64,000 nt of DNA, from contig NC_086109.1 of NCBI RefSeq assembly GCF_963921235.1, positions 36,954,001-37,018,000 of the forward strand, in the 5' to 3' direction. The notes under the pieces are model-generated. The model had not been told where the DNA came from, ran no database searches, and saw nothing but the letters and a program-made list of their open reading frames with translations. Shown here piece after piece: positions 36,897 through 51,440 of the stretch (position 1 is the stretch's first letter; every line of letters starts with the position of its first letter). Origin of the DNA: Mobula hypostoma. Taxonomy: Eukaryota. A program made the position numbers and the translations under genes.

Positions 36897-39066
36897 CTTA
36901 GACCATAAGACCATAAAACATAAGAGCAGAATTAAGCCATTCAGCCCATCCAGTCTGCACCACCATTCTATCATGGCTGATCCCAGATCCCATTCAAACC
37001 CATGTGCCTGCCTTCTCGCGACATTCCTTGATGTCCTGATCAATCAGGAAACGATCAATTTCCGCTTTAAATATACCCACGGATTTGGCCTCCACTGCAG
37101 TCTGTGGCAGAGCATTCCACAGATTTACTACTTCCTGGCTAAAAACATTCCTCTGTTCTAGAAGGTCACCCCATCATTTCTGAGGCAATTCAGATTTGTC
37201 AGACAAGATTTCCCTTCACAGAAGGCATGCAGACCTTGACTTATTTTATCATTAGTCTCCAAGTACCCCGAAACTTCATCCTTAATAATAGACTCCAATC
37301 CTTTCCCAAACACTGAGGTTAGGCTAAATGGTCTATAATTTCCTTTCTTTTGTCTTCCTCCTTTCTTAAAGAGTGGAGTGACATTTGCAATCTTTCAGTC
37401 TTCCGGGACCATGTCAGGATCAAGAGATTCTTGAAAGATCATGTCCAATGTGTCTGTTATCTCTTCAGCAACCTCTCTCAGGACCCTGGGATGTAGTCCA
37501 TCTGGTCCAGGTGACTTATCCACCTTAAGACCTTTGAGTTTGCCTGGCACTTTTTCCTTTGTAATAGCAATGGCACTCACTCCTGCTCCCTGACACTGGC
37601 ACACTGATAGTGTCTTCCACAGTGAAGACTGATCAAAGAACCCATTAATTTCATCTGCTGTTTCTTTGTACCCATTATTTTTGCACCAGCATCATTTTCC
37701 AGTGGTCTAATATGATCTCTCACCTCCCTTTTATTCTTCATATAACTGAAAAAAAATTTGGTATCTTGCTTTATATTATTGACTAATTTGCCCTCATATT
37801 TCATCTTTTCCCTTCTTATAGTTTTTTTATTCCTTTTGTTGGATTTTAAAAGCTTCCCAATCATCCAACTTCTCACTCACTTTTGCTACCTCATATACCC
37901 TTTCCTTGGCTTTTATGCAGTCCTGAACTTCCCTTGTCAGCCACGGTTGCCTACCCTTCCCATTTGAGAACAACTTCTTCTGTAGGACATATCTATCCCA
38001 CTCCTTGTGAACTTTTCCCAGAAAATTCAGCCACCTCTGCTCTGCTGTTATCCCCGCCAGCATCTTCCTCCAATCCACCTGGGCAAGCTCCTCTCTTATG
38101 CCTCTGAAATTCTCTTTATTCCACTGTGATACTGATACATGTGATTTATGCTTCTCCTTCTCAAATTCCAGTATGAATTCAATCATATTAAGATCACTGC
38201 CTCCTAAGTGTTCCTTTAAATTAAGCCCCCTAATAAGATATGGGATATTACACAACACACAAACTAAGATAACCTTTCCTTAAGTAGGCTCAAGCACAAG
38301 TTGCTCTAAAAAGCCATCTGATAGGCATTCAAGAAATTCCCTCTCTTGTGATCTGACACCAACCTGATTTTCCCCTTACATATTGAAGTCCCCCAATACA
38401 ATTGTGTCATTACCCTTATTACATACCTTTTCTAGCTTCTTTTGCAATCTCAACCTCACATCTTGTCTACTACTTGGAGGCCCATAATGTTTTTATTTTA
38501 TTCTTGCAGTTTCTCAACTCCACCCACAAGGATTCAACATTCTCTGACCCTATAGGGTACAAGGAAACGGCAGATGAACTTAATGGGTACTTTGCATCAG
38601 CCTTCACTGTGGAAGAGGTCCATGAATGTCAGAGAACAGGAGTGAGCGCCATTGCTATTACAAAGGAAAAAGTGCTAGGCAAACTCAAAGGTCTTAAGGT
38701 GGATAAGTCACCTGGACCAGTTGGACTAAATCCCAGAGTCCTGAGAGAGGTTGCTGAGGAGATAACAAATGCATTTGTCATGATCTTTCAAGAATCACTT
38801 GATTCTGGCATTACATCTCCGATTCTAAAGATGTAATTCCATCTTGTACCAGCAGAGCCACACCACCACCTATGCCTTCCTGCTTGTCTTTTTGATATAA
38901 AGTATATCCTTTAATCTTAAACTCCCAACTATGACCTTCTTTCAGTCATGACTCAGTGATGCCCACAATGTCATACCGACTAATCTCTAATAGCACAACA
39001 AGTTCATTCACCTTATTCCGAATGCTATGTGCATTTAAATACAACACCTTCAGTCCTGCATTGTTC
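36897..39066 (-). mobile_element. CR1 LINE (3' end plus EN/RT region, internally deleted), containing an inverted fragment
   Basis: (TTATGGTC)n tail at 36897; LKVDKSPGPDGLHPRVLREVAEEI; LGGSDLNMIEF (endonuclease end). Confidence 0.85.
38551..38808 (+). mobile_element. Inverted CR1 ORF2 fragment nested within the same CR1 subfamily
   Basis: GVSAIAITKEKVLGKLKGLKVDKSPGP is nearly identical to minus-strand 37425-37675. Confidence 0.75.
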
Positions 39067-40735
39067 AAGGTGGAAGAACCCTTAAGGGAAAGTAATCATA
39101 ATATGATCCTATTCACCCTGAAGTTTGAGAAGGAGAAGCTGAAGTCAAATGTATCAGTATTACAGCAGACCAAAGGGAATTTCAGAGGCATGAGACAGAG
39201 TTAGCCAGAATTGATTGGAAAAGAACATTGGCAGAGTAGCAGTGGCTGGAATTTCTGGAAGCAATTCAGAAAAAATTCATCACAACAAGAAGAAGTATTC
39301 TAAAGTAAAGATGACACAGCCGTGGCTAACTAGAGAAGCCAAAGCCAACATAAAAGTCCAAGAGATGGCACATAATAAAATAAATATTAGTTCGATGTTA
39401 GAGAATTGAGAAGCTTTTAAAAACCAACAGAAGGCAAAGAAAAATGTCTTTTAGAAGGTAAAGATGGAATACGAATGTAAGCTAGCCAATAATATTAAAA
39501 AGGATACCAAAACTTTCTTCAGATACATAAAGTGTAAAAAAGAGGTGGGAGTGGATATCTGACTGCTGAAAAAAATGCTGGTGAGACAGTAATGGGGGAC
39601 AAGGAAATGGCAAACAAACTGATTAAGTATTTTGCATCAGTCTTCACTATGGAAGACTCTAACAGTATGATGGAAGTTCCACGTGTCAGAGTCATGGAGT
39701 GTGTGAAGTAACCATAACTAGAGAGAAGGTTCTTGGGAAACTGAAAGGTCTGGATATAGATAATTCACCTGAACCAGATGGCATACACCCCAGGGTTCCA
39801 AAATACATGACTGAAGAGATTATGGAGGCATTAGTAATGATCTTTCAAGAATCACAAGGTTCTGGAATGGTTCCAGAAGACTGGAAAATTGAAAATACCA
39901 CTTCACTCTTCAAGAAAAGAAACTATAGGCCAGTTGGTCTGACCTCAGTGGTTGGAAAAATGTTGGAGTCGATTTTTAAAGATGAGGTCTCAGGGTATTT
40001 GGAGACACATGATAAAGTAGGCTTTAGTCAAAATGGTTTCCTCAAGGGAAAATCTTGCCTGACAAATCTGTGGAATTCTTTAAGAAATAACAAGCAAAAT
40101 AGACAAACGAAAATTGGTTGATGTAGTGTACTTGGATTTTCAGGCCTTTGACAAGGTGTCACACGAGGCTGCTTAACAAGTTATGAGCCTATGGTATTAC
40201 AGGAAAGATTCTAACATAGATAAAGCAGTGGCTGATGGCAAGAGGCAAAGTGTAGGACTAAAGGAAGTCTTTTCTGCCCGGCTGCCAATAACTAGTGGTG
40301 TTCCACAAGAGTCTGAGTTGGGACCAATTCTTTTATGTTATGGGTCAATGATTTGGATGTTAGAATTGATGGCTTTGTTACAATATTGCAGGTGACATGA
40401 AAACAGGTGTAGGGGCAGCTAGTTTTGAGGAAGTAGAGGCTACAGAAGGCCTTAGACAGATTAGGACAAAGGGCAAAAAAATGGCAGATGGAATAGAATG
40501 TCAGGAAGAGTATGGTCATGTAATTTGGTAGAAGATATGAAAGGGTTGACCATTTTTCTAAATGGAGAAAAAATACAAAACATTGAGATGCAAAGGAACT
40601 TGGGAGTCCTTCTGCAAGATTCACTAAAGGGTTGATTCTGTAGTGAGGAAGGCAAATGCAATGTTATCATTCATATCAAAAGGACTAAAATATAAAAGCA
40701 AGGATGCTATGTTGAGATTTTATAAAACACTAGTT
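39067..40735 (+). mobile_element. CR1 ORF2 fragment (degenerate)
   Basis: ESNHNMILF, PEDWKIEN, NYRPVGLTSVVGKMLE, QNGFLKGKSCLTNL and TSGVPQES.LGP. Confidence 0.88.
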
Positions 40736-42140
40736 GGACTCTATTTGGATGGACTCCATCCAAAACAGACATGTACAGCAGCATTATTTTCAGCTAATTA
40801 ACTACTCTTGAATCTCTGCTGATATTATCTGAAATTCAACAACACTTCTTTTTGTGTATTAGTCTTTCACATGGTCCAAAATCCAAGTACCACTGGGAAT
40901 CACTTACTGGGAGTCACTTACAGGTATGCCAGAAAGTAATATGGGTTGATGCATGAGCTATCAGATGAGTAATCCAGCAGCCTGAACATCAAGCTAGTAA
41001 TGTAACTTGAAATCTGACCTTGGTAGCTGTAGGATTGAATTTGCACATTGTGAGAAGACCCTCACCAGCAGCTCTGCAGTAATATAAAAAGATGGACTAT
41101 CACCTTTAGTGGTAACCTAAATTGAATGCATTAATAATAAAGGTACATTAATAAATACATCATGTTTTTATCATTTTACAAGTTCACAAATTATATAATA
41201 TATGCCATTTTATGAAATTATACAAAAGAAGCTCTGGAATCGTGCTATGAATTGAACATTTATAAATACTGACTCCACTTTGAGGTTGGTGTTCGCAACA
41301 AATTGCTGTGATGTTTTAAGAAATCTCATGAAAATACCACACAAAAGGCATGAAGTACCCCATTACCCTGTCCTGCTCTCTGTTATCTGTTCTAATAACC
41401 ACGACACACTGGCTTTGAATTTTAACTTTGTACTCATACCCACTTCAGATTTATTATCATGCTGAAATGGAATAGTTACTCAAATCACGCTATCACTAAT
41501 TTGCATAATTTGTTTTCTGCCTCTGCATGGGTTGTCCATGTTATATGAACTTCTTTCCCTGTTCATCTTTGAGTTTTTTTTAAATAATTTTGTTTGTGAA
41601 CATTTGTTTTTCTGTAAAAGTTGGAGCATCCTTTGAAATTTGAGTTGTAACTTTTTAAGAGCTCCATTTTAAAGAGTTTCTTTTTTCTTCATATTGCCAT
41701 TCCAGTTAATTTAAAGAACGTAGAAAGAGGAGCTCATTAACTCTTCCCTGTTTGCTTTTCCATTTCTCATGGTTCATCTCTAGCCTAAATTCATTTATCC
41801 AGCTTTGTTCCTTATTCCTTGATAAGCAATATCAGTAAACAATCCAATAACACCTTTCACCCCTGAAAATTACACTTTACTCAGCAGTTTCTGAGAATTT
41901 TAGGTTTCCTCTACCTTTTATGTGTGAAAGTGCTTGTTGATTTCACTCCTTAAGGACCAAGATCTAATGTTAAATTGTGCGTCCTTATTCTGGTCTGCCC
42001 CAACCAAAGGAAATAATTTCTACCTATCTATACTGTGGAATTCTTCAAGCACTTTGATTCTCTCCCTGTTCCAAACTCCACAAGCTCAGTTTGTGCAATT
42101 TGTTTTGTTTTATAATTTAACCCTTCAAGTCCCAATACCA

Positions 42141-42330
42141 TGGGCAGCACAGTAGCATACTGGTTTGCGTAACATCAGCTTCCTGTGACCATGTGGGTTT
42201 CCTCCGGGTGCTACTATCTCTTCCCAAATTCCAAAGACATACAGGTTAGTAGGTTAGTAGATCACATAGGTGTAACTGGGCACCATGGGCTTGTTGTACC
42301 AGAAGGACTATTACTCTGCTGTATCTCTAA
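42141..42330 (+). mobile_element. V-SINE (HE1-like), internally deleted
   Basis: GGGCAGCACAGTAGCATACTGG head, 'gggtttcctccgggtgct' V-domain and 'ctgctgtatctctaaat' tail. Confidence 0.7.
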
Positions 42331-44451
42331 ATTTAAAAACATTGTTGTTAATTTGCCTTCCTGTGTCCCTACAAAGTCAATACTGTATATCCTTTATAAA
42401 GGTAGAGAATGCAGAACTGAATAGAATCCTTTGAACAGTTAAATATACAGTATAGTAGATAATACTTAAAAGAAAGATGGTACAAATATCAAGTTGATAT
42501 TTTAAAGTGTAAAGAAGAAGTGAAAAAATGCAGTGGAGAACTAAGAATGAAATGCGTAGTGATAACATAAAAGGAACGTTGGAAGATCGCAAATGTGACA
42601 TTTTTACTAAAAAAAATAGAAGCAGGTTAAATATATTAACAAAAGTTAATATGCATTGATATAGCTATAATTGGAAATCCTGAAGGCTGCATTGCCTACC
42701 TGGTGCCTAAGCAATGAATAATCAATCTGTATTGGATAAGAACGTGGAGAAAGAGAGTGAGGAACTGATTTGCTGATCCATATACAAACCAACAGGACAA
42801 TTAAGTGTGAGCTTCTGTCGAGGAAGCTTAAGGAACAACGGTTTAAGTAAAAAAAATCACACAAGTACTAATTTCTGGATATTTATTTGAGTCAGATGAA
42901 AAAATGTAGTGAAACAAATGGAGATTGTCAAAGGTTTCAGCTCATTAACACTGGCACAGATACTAGGAAAAGGAGAACATTGTATTTGGATGGACTCAGT
43001 TTGGATTAATGAATTAAGTAACTAGGGTTTTAACTAAGGCTTCAAGCTAGTAAAGAGGACAGAGGGGACGAAGAAGTCAGTTAAATGGAATAGTCTTATG
43101 AGAATGGAGCTGATCCTGGTAATGATTGGTCAGAGATGGTGTCAATCAGAGATTCTAAACACCATAATAACCCAATGGTTGACTCAGGCTCTAACGTGAT
43201 GACACAGTGAACAAAATCAGTAACCACATTTTCTGGAGGTGGAGAATCACTGATGATGATGGATGAAGAAAAGTCAATCATTAGGAAGGATCTTGGTCCA
43301 GAAAACAAGGGAGTGAGAAAATATGGATGGGTCTGGTGCAATAGACCTAGCTTCCCTTGAAGTAATCATAACTTTAGAAAATGTATGAAGCAAGATAAAA
43401 TGGAATTATGTATAAAAAGAGTATTATATTGATCATAATATCTTTAATCTTCATTAAATCGAGATAGATAGATACTTTATTGATCCCAAAGGAAATTACA
43501 GTGTCTCAGTAGCATTACAAGTGTACAGATGTAAAATGAGAAGAGAAGTAGAAAGAATTAAAAAATAAGTTACCCCGAACAGTTTATTAAGAGGGGTTCA
43601 TCACTTCTTGGGCTATATGTTAAAACATTATAGAGCCTAATGACCAAGGATAAGGATTACCTCATGCAGCACTATTTGGAACAGTGCTGTTGTTACTCTG
43701 TTATTAAAAGTGCTCTTCTGTTCAGGCAAGGTGGCATGCAGATGGTGAGAAACATTGTCTGGAAATTGCCAGAATTTTCTGTCAGGCCCTTTGTTCTACC
43801 ACAGCCTCCAGTGTGTCCAGTTTGACTCCTATAACAGAACCAGCCTTTCTAATCAGTTTTTTGAGCTATCTGTCATCACCCCTGTTGATGTCATTGTCCC
43901 AGCACATCACCACATAGAAGATTGTATGGCAACAACAGACTGGTAGAGCATGTGAAGGGAGGCTTGCATACTCCAAAGGACCTCAGTGTCTTCTAGAAGT
44001 AGAGGTGATTCTGGCCCTTCCTGTACACAGCCTCTGTGTTGGTGAGCCACTCAAGTCTGTCATCCAGGTGCACCCCCCAGGTACTTGAAGGTCCTCACCA
44101 CATTCACATCCTCACCATCAATGGTAACAGGGAGCAGTGCAGGTTTAGTCTTCCTAAAGTCCAAATCCATCCCCTATGTCTCACTGATGTTGAGCTGCAA
44201 ATGATTCAACTTGCACCATTTGACAAAGTCCTCCACCAAGGCCCTGTATTCATCCTCCCGTCCTCCTTTATACACCTAATTATTGCTGAGTCATCAGAGA
44301 ATTTCCGCAGATGGCATGACTCAGTGTTGGATCTAAAGTCCAAGGTGTACAGGGTAAATGGGAAGGGAGCCAATAGAGTCCCCTGTAGGGCCCCAGTGCT
44401 GCTTATAGCCATGTCTGACCCACAACTCTGAAACTGCACATGCTGTTGTCT

Positions 44452-44549
44452 ACATAAGAACATAAGAACATAAGAAATAGGAGCAGGACTAGGCTGTCCG
44501 GCCCATCGTGCCTGCCCCACCATTCAATAAGATCATGGCTGATCTGTCC
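44452..44549 (-). mobile_element. Very short CR1 3'-tail insertion
   Basis: (ACATAAGA)x3 tail and 'aataggagcagga.taggc', interrupting Rex1. A similar tail-only insert lies at 51598-51700. Confidence 0.75.
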
Positions 44550-44710
44550 GTCAGGTATTCCATTATCCAGGATACAATGGAAGTACCTACCTGCATTGAA
44601 CAGAGCTTCTCCCCCTGCATTAAGGGCTGTACAGTATTCAAAGCACTTGAGAAATCAAAAAAAAAATGTTCCTCACAGTGCTGTCCTGCTTATCCAAATG
44701 GGAGTAGGCC

Positions 44711-45525
44711 CATGACTATGTGGTTAGGCATAGCTCAAATACCATCTATAAATTTGATGATAATACAACCATTGTTGGTAGAATCTCAGATGGTGACAAA
44801 AGGGTGTACGGGAGTGAGATATGCCAACTAGTGGAGTAGTGTCACAGCAACAACCTGGCACTCAACGTCAGTAAGATGAAAGAGCTGATTGTGGACTTCA
44901 GGAAGGGTAAGATGAAAGAACACATACCAATCTTCATAGAGGGATCAGAAGTGGAGTGAGTGTGCAGTTTCAAGATCCTGGGTGTCAAGTTCTCTGAGGA
45001 TCTAACCTGGTCCCAACATATCGATGCGGCTATAAAGAAGGCAAGACAGCAACTATACTTCATTAGGAGTTTGGAGAGATTTGGTATGTCAAGTCGGCTC
45101 CAACTTGGGTACTAGCCTACAAAGTACCCAGGTCACCTTCAAGGAGCGGTGTCTCAGAAAGGCAGTGTCCATTATTAAGGACCTCCAGCACCCAGGGCAT
45201 GTCCCTTTCTCACTGTTACCATCAGGTAGGAGATACAGAAGCCTGAAGGCACACACTCAGTGATTCAGGAACAGCTTCTTCCCCTCTACCATCCCATTCC
45301 CAAATGGACGTTGAACCATTGAACATTACCTCACTATTTTTTGTATATATTATTTCTGGTTTTTGCACGATTTTTAATCTATTCAATATACGTATACTCT
45401 AATTGATTTACTTATTTGTCATTATTTTCTTTGTTTCTTCTATATTATGTATTGCATTGAACTACTGCTGCTAAGTTAACAAATTTCATGACACATGCCG
45501 CTGATAATAAACCTGATTCTGATTC
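44711..45525 (+). mobile_element. Rex1/Babar-type LINE 3' part with the same internal deletion as 27890-28657
   Basis: Highly similar to the 22489 copy, with junction ggtatgtca|agtcggctcc at ~45091 and a (CTGATT)n tail. Confidence 0.85.
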
Positions 45526-46068
45526 TGTTCAGCAGGTAGATGACAGCATCATTTACTCCATTGTGCTCCTGGTAGGAAAACTGCAGGGGATCGAGGGCTG
45601 ATCTGACTAGGGGTCGGAGGTGAGCCAGGACCAGCCCCTGTACATGTGTATGGTAAGGACCACCGCACAGTAGTCGTTCAAGACTTTTAGTTGGTCCTTG
45701 TTGGGTACTGGGACCACACATGATGGTTTCAACAGAGTCGAGACCCTTTCCAGGCTGAGACTCAGAATAAAAATGTGCTGGAGAACTCCACACAGTTGCT
45801 CAGCATACCTCTTCTCAACCCTGGGATTCACACCATCCAAACCCAATGCTTTGCCATGTCTGAATTTCACCGGAGCCCTTCTAACCCGCTGAGTAGTGAA
45901 GATGAGTGCATTATGTCTGGAGAGTTGATGGAAGGTAGGGGCTGGGAGAGATGAATATTGGGATGATAGCAGTTGATATCTATACCTTATTGGCAAGGAG
46001 CTTGGAGGATGGAACATGCAGTGGATAATTTTTGAGAAAAATATGTTGAGAAACTAATCAAGTAACTA

Positions 46069-47885
46069 AGACCAGAAGATATTGGAGCAGGATTAGGCCA
46101 TTTGGCACATGGAGTCTGCTCTGCCATTTCTTCATATCTGATCCATTTTTCCTCTCAGCCCCAATCTCCTGCTTCCTTCCCGTATCCCTTCATGCCATGA
46201 CCAATCAAGAATCTATCACCTCTGCCTTAAATATAAATACAGTAAATACAGACTTGCCCGTGGCAATGAATTCCACTCTGGCTAAAGAAATTCCTTTTTG
46301 TCTCCATTCCAAAACGATGCCCCTCGATTCTGAGGCTGTGTGCTCTCATCTTAAACTCTCCCATCATAGAAATCAGCCTTTCCACATCCACTCTATCAAG
46401 GACATTCATCATTCGATAATTTCAATGAGGTCAGCTGTCATTCTTCTGACTTCTAGTGAGTACAGGCCCAGAGCCATCAAACGCACTTTAGATGACAAGC
46501 TAATCAAACCAGGAATCTTTTTCGTGAACGTCCTTTGAACCCTCTCCAGTTTCAGCACCTCCTTGCAAGATAAGGGACCCAAAAATGCTCATAATACACC
46601 AAGTGAGGCTTCACCAGTGCTTTATAAAATCTCAAAATTGTATTGATGCTTCTTTATGCCAGTCCTCTTGAAATGAATGCTAACTTCACATTTGCATTCC
46701 TCACCAGAGACTCAAACTACAAATTAACTTTCAAGGAATCCTGCACAAGGACTCCCAAGTCCCTTTGCACCTCAATTTTTGTTTTGTATTTTCTCTCCAT
46801 TTAAAAAATCATCAACCTTTCATTTCTTCTACCAAAGTGCATGAACATTAACTTCCCAACACTGTACTCCGTCTGCTATTTCTTTGCCCATTCTCTTAAT
46901 CTCCTTCTGTAGCCTCTCTACTTCCTCAAAACCACCTTCCCCCAAATATCATTTGCAAACTTTGCAACAATGCCATCAATTCCATTATCCAAGTCATTAA
47001 CTTATAACATAAAAAGAATCAATCCCAACACAGACCCCCATGAACACCACTAGGCACTGGCAGCCAATCAGAAAAGGCTCCCTTTATTCCCACACTTTGC
47101 CTGCTGCCAGCCAGCCACTGATTTATCCATGCTAGAATCTTCTCTGTAATACCACAGGCTCGTAGCTTATTAGGCAGCCTCATGTGAGGCACCTTGTCAA
47201 AGGCCTCCTGAAAATCCAAATACACACATTGACTGATTCTCCTTTTTCTATCCTGCCTGTTACTTCTTCAAAGAATTTCAACAGATTTGGCAGGCAAAAT
47301 CTTCCCTTGAGGAAACCATACTGACTACATTTGGTTTTATCATGTGTCTCCAAGTACTCCAAAACTACATCCTTAACAATTGACTCTAAAATTTCCCCAA
47401 CCACTGAAGTCAGACTAACTGCCCTATAATTTCCTTTCTTCCGCCTCTCTTCCTTCTTGAAGAGTAGAGCGACATTTGCAATTTTCCAGTCTTCGGGAAC
47501 CATTCAGGAACCTAGTGATTCTTGAAAGATCATTGCTAATACTTCCACAATCTTTTCATCACCTCTTTCACAACCCCGGGGTGCACACCATCTGGTCCAG
47601 ATGTCTTATCTACATTCAACCTTTCTGTTTCCCAAGAACCTTCTCCCTAGTAATGGTAACTTCACACACTTCATGACCCCTGACGCCTGGAACATGCACT
47701 ACACTGCTAGTGTTTTCCACAGTGAAGACTGGTGCAAAATACTTATTCAGTTTGTCCGCCATTTTCTTGTCCCCCATTACTACTTCTCCAGCATCATTTT
47801 CCAGCGGTCCAATCTCCATTTTTGCCTCTCTTTTGCACTTTATGTATCTGATGAAGCTTCTGGTATTCTCTTTAATATAATTGTC
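46069..47885 (-). mobile_element. CR1 LINE, 5'-truncated and degenerate
   Basis: VPEDWKIANV..LFKK, GNYRAVSLTSVVG, YLDFQEAFDKVPH and a CR1 3' tail. Confidence 0.88.
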
Positions 47886-49134
47886 TGGTAAATAACAATT
47901 TTAGATTAAATTTATGTAAGAAATTAGTGATTTCTGGACCATTAACTGAGTTCATTTGTAATTTCTGATCTATTTGTTTTATTATAAAGGATCTTCTGGG
48001 GATGAATATTCATAATATGATAAAACTTGATCTTACATTTGAGGTTAAGATTTAAAATATGATGTTAAATTCAGTAAAATTAATTAATCAGAAATGAAGT
48101 CCAAACTGAATGAAATAAACAGCAAATTTAGCTTCAAAATATTAAGTATACCAAATATTTAACAGTAAAATGCAAATTAATATAGATTATCCTAATATAA
48201 ATGACTCAATTAATATACATTTTGTTGAAGAATAAATACCAATACATGTGTTGTACATGTGTGAAATAAATAATATTAAAAAGAGTATTAGGACAGATGA
48301 AGCAGGTTATATTTCAAAAAGTTTATTATGTGAGGATTGGAGGAATTTTTAAATCATCAAATGTTGAAAAAAATGGTAAAACGAATGGGTATTAACAGCT
48401 AAAGTAAACTAGAACAAGAAGAAGAAAAAAAAAACGAGAGTATTGAAAGTTAAAGTTATCAGAAGCAGAATCAGAAGGAAAGTGGACAGTGAATAAAAAG
48501 AGACTTAAAACAAATATGCTTTATTGCATAATTTATATAAAATATTCTAAGGAATCAAGGATTTAATAAGAATAGACATGTTCTAGGAAGTTCTACGTAG
48601 CTTGAAATATTATGAAATTCAGGATCACCGTTTGATTTCTAAGAAAATGCAATTAATAGTTAGCTTTCCAATAATAAACTGTCAGAACTACTTGGGGGAA
48701 AAGTCATACAAAATTAGAAACTTAGAAATGTGGAAAATGTACACCACAATGCAGGCCCTTCAACGCACAATGCTGTACTGAACATGTACTTACTTTAGAA
48801 ATTACCTAGGGTTACCCATAGCCCTCTGTTTTCCGAAGCTCCTTGTACTGATAAAATTGAATATTATCAACACAGATTTATGAAAGGGAAATTTCATTTA
48901 TTATTGATTTATTCATTTTTGGGGGGATTTGGTAAGGTCTGTATTACTCCCTATCAATAAATTAATTCGAGAAAATGGTAATGTGCTATCTTTATGATCC
49001 TCTGTAATCCTTCTTTTGAAGGCAATCTGATAGTGGTATTGATTCATATTTCCAGGATTTATCATGACAAACATGAACAAAAATTTCCAGGTCAGAATGG
49101 AGTACAAGTTGGTGAAGAACATGCAGGTGGTGAG

Positions 49135-50685
49135 TCCTTTCAAGTTCAAAGGTATCGATACGCAACTCTAAAATTTGTCTTCTCTCGACAGCCACGAAAC
49201 AAAGAAAGAACATGAAAGTCGTTCAGATAGAAACATCAAACCCAGCCACCCCAGCATACACAAAAAAGAACAGGAAGGTGATCATCAAACCCCTCTTCCC
49301 CCTACACAAAGCAGAACAGGAATATCAACCCCCAATAAAAAACACTCTCCCACACACAAAAACATCTAACAGAACATCAACTTCCAAGCCCACCCCCCCC
49401 CCCAACACACACACAACAAAATGGAATGGGCGATAAAAAACACAGAATATAAAAACCATGAGTCTGAAAAAGTCTGTAATCTATAAACATAGAAATATGA
49501 TTCCATCCTACCATATCACCAACATTTATCAGAACGGAGAGACATCACACGAGGCAGGGAAGCCTACCCACCTTCCACAGCAAGCCACACAGCGACAGGC
49601 TGCTCAGAGACTCCTTCCGAGTTGTGATCGAAAGGAAGGCAGTCAGTGCTGAACTCTCCTCCGCCTTACACATTTACTTCGATGTTTCAATCTTCCACGA
49701 CACTTTAATTAGCAATTAATGGATGCTCTAACCAGTGTTACATACCCCGTAACTGGGTTGCCAAACCAGCAGAAATGGACCACTTAATTGGAGTCTGGAC
49801 TACTGGAACTAAGAAAGTTTTTATTAAAGAAATAAGTAACACAGTACTCTAATCGTAAGGATATAAATGCAACAGGTTAGCAATGATAAAACACACATGT
49901 ACACAGAACTAGGGTAATAGGAATCAAACAAGCTCTATCGCAGTCTAGGGGTAAAATGATCAGTCTCAAGTGACGCAGAGTTCAGTTCAGCTTAGTACAG
50001 TTCGCAGTAATCGCTGTTGTGCCGTTGGAGAGAGAGAGAGAGAGGATGATATGCAAATCTGATTCAGACAGACCTTGATGTTCTTCGCAGTTAGCTTTCG
50101 GGCGAACCCCTTTATGTCTTCTGTGGTCACCGACTGTGACTCCTCTGTTCCGGATACGACCGTTCTTCCGCGGTGAACCCGGCACCCAGCCAAGGGCGGA
50201 CACACACACACCAGGTTCCCGCCGATCGTACCTTTTCACCCTGTGCATCTATGGTTGGTTCCCGCGACCAGACCTCCAAACACCCATCATCTTGTGGGGG
50301 CACACCGCTTTTCCAGGGTCTCGTTATCTCGTGATCTCGTGGTGTGTCATGCCTTAGCGAACCTGTTCTTTTTATTCCCCCTGCTGGGTTATCACCTGTC
50401 CATCAAACTTCAAACAGTTCAGGTTCAAAGCAACCGGTCTGTCAATATTCTGAAGTGTGTTTCTTTCTCGTTAATCTCTCTCCTCTGTCATTAACATTTT
50501 GAACGCTTCTCCATTGTCTCACTTATCTCTCTCATTAGCATCAATTTTCTGATAACTTGGTTTTTCGTCACACCAGTGAACTAGAGTTAAACATTGGCTC
50601 ACACCTCATCTCAAAGTTTCTCCACATCAAGGCCATTGCAGACACTATTGAAGTGGCCTAACCAAGTAATTGTAGCGCCATTGTA
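49135..50685 (-). mobile_element. Non-coding repeat (LINE-tail type) hosting a solo LTR
   Basis: Minus-strand tail 'tttgaacttgaa' and a putative head 'caatggcgc'. Its architecture parallels 15336-17185. Confidence 0.35.
49736..50572 (-). mobile_element. Solo LTR (Gypsy-type), 837 bp
   Basis: TGTTACA...GTCACA ends, a perfect 4-bp TSD CCAG (49732-49735, 50573-50576), a minus-strand AATAAA near 49820 and a CpG-rich interior suggesting young age. Confidence 0.85.
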
Positions 50686-51159
50686 GATGATTACAGTGCA
50701 ACAACGGTGGAGGGATTGAACATCTACTGTGATAGGTAGGTGCCAATTAAGCAGTCAGTGTATACAGGCTGGTAATGATCAATCATTCTAGTGGTAAAGG
50801 ATCAGCACAGATGCCTAACGACTGACTGGCTCCTGCAACCACGTTATTTATTTGACTTGTTCAGCTGACTTCAGGTCAATAGTGATCAAACACCACACCC
50901 CTTCACCCCTTTCTGACTTGCCACTGGTGGGGAACTCATCACTCATCCTGACAAGTGGACAGTTTCCAGATCTCCTAATCTGTACCTGGAATCTGGCGGA
51001 AAGGCTTTCGAATGTTGTAAGGTGAGTCACCCATCACAGGATACCCACCCCCTGACCTACTCTTGCAATTGTACTATTTGTATGCTCAGTCCAATTGAGT
51101 TTCCAGTCAAAAGTAAATCCTAGTTTGTTGATGCTGGTAAAACCTCTGAATGGTATGGC

Positions 51160-51440
51160 CAGATTTCGGAACAGCTTCTTTCCAACTGTGATAAGACTGC
51201 TGAATGGATCCTGACCCGGATCTGGGCCGTTCCCTCCAAATATCCGGACTTGCCTCTTGTTTTTTTTTTGCACTACCTTACTTTCCCTTTTCTATTTTCT
51301 ATTTATGATTTATAATTTAAACTTTTAATATTTACTATTGATTTGTATTCCAGGAAGCGTGAAGCGCAGAATCAAATATTGCTGACATGATTGCATGCTC
51401 TAGTATCAATTGTTTGGCGACAATAGAGTATAAAGTATGT
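51160..51440 (+). mobile_element. Rex1-type 3' end fragment
   Basis: 'gaacagcttctttccaactgtgataagactgctgaatgg' (NSFFPTVIRLLN) and tail 'caatagagtataaagtat'. Confidence 0.65.

Larger units (their letters stand above)
43460..46020 (-). mobile_element. Rex1 LINE RT remnant with two nested insertions
   Basis: SSTGALQGTLLAPFPFTLYT.DF...SCHLRKFSDDSAI, LKPSCVVPVP..LNDYC and LDPLQFSYQ, with a (TATC)n tail at 43460. Confidence 0.85.

Noticed and set aside
47900..48700. Extremely AT-rich block as a functional element
   Set aside because: Most likely a heavily decayed ancient LINE fragment. No structure could be supported.
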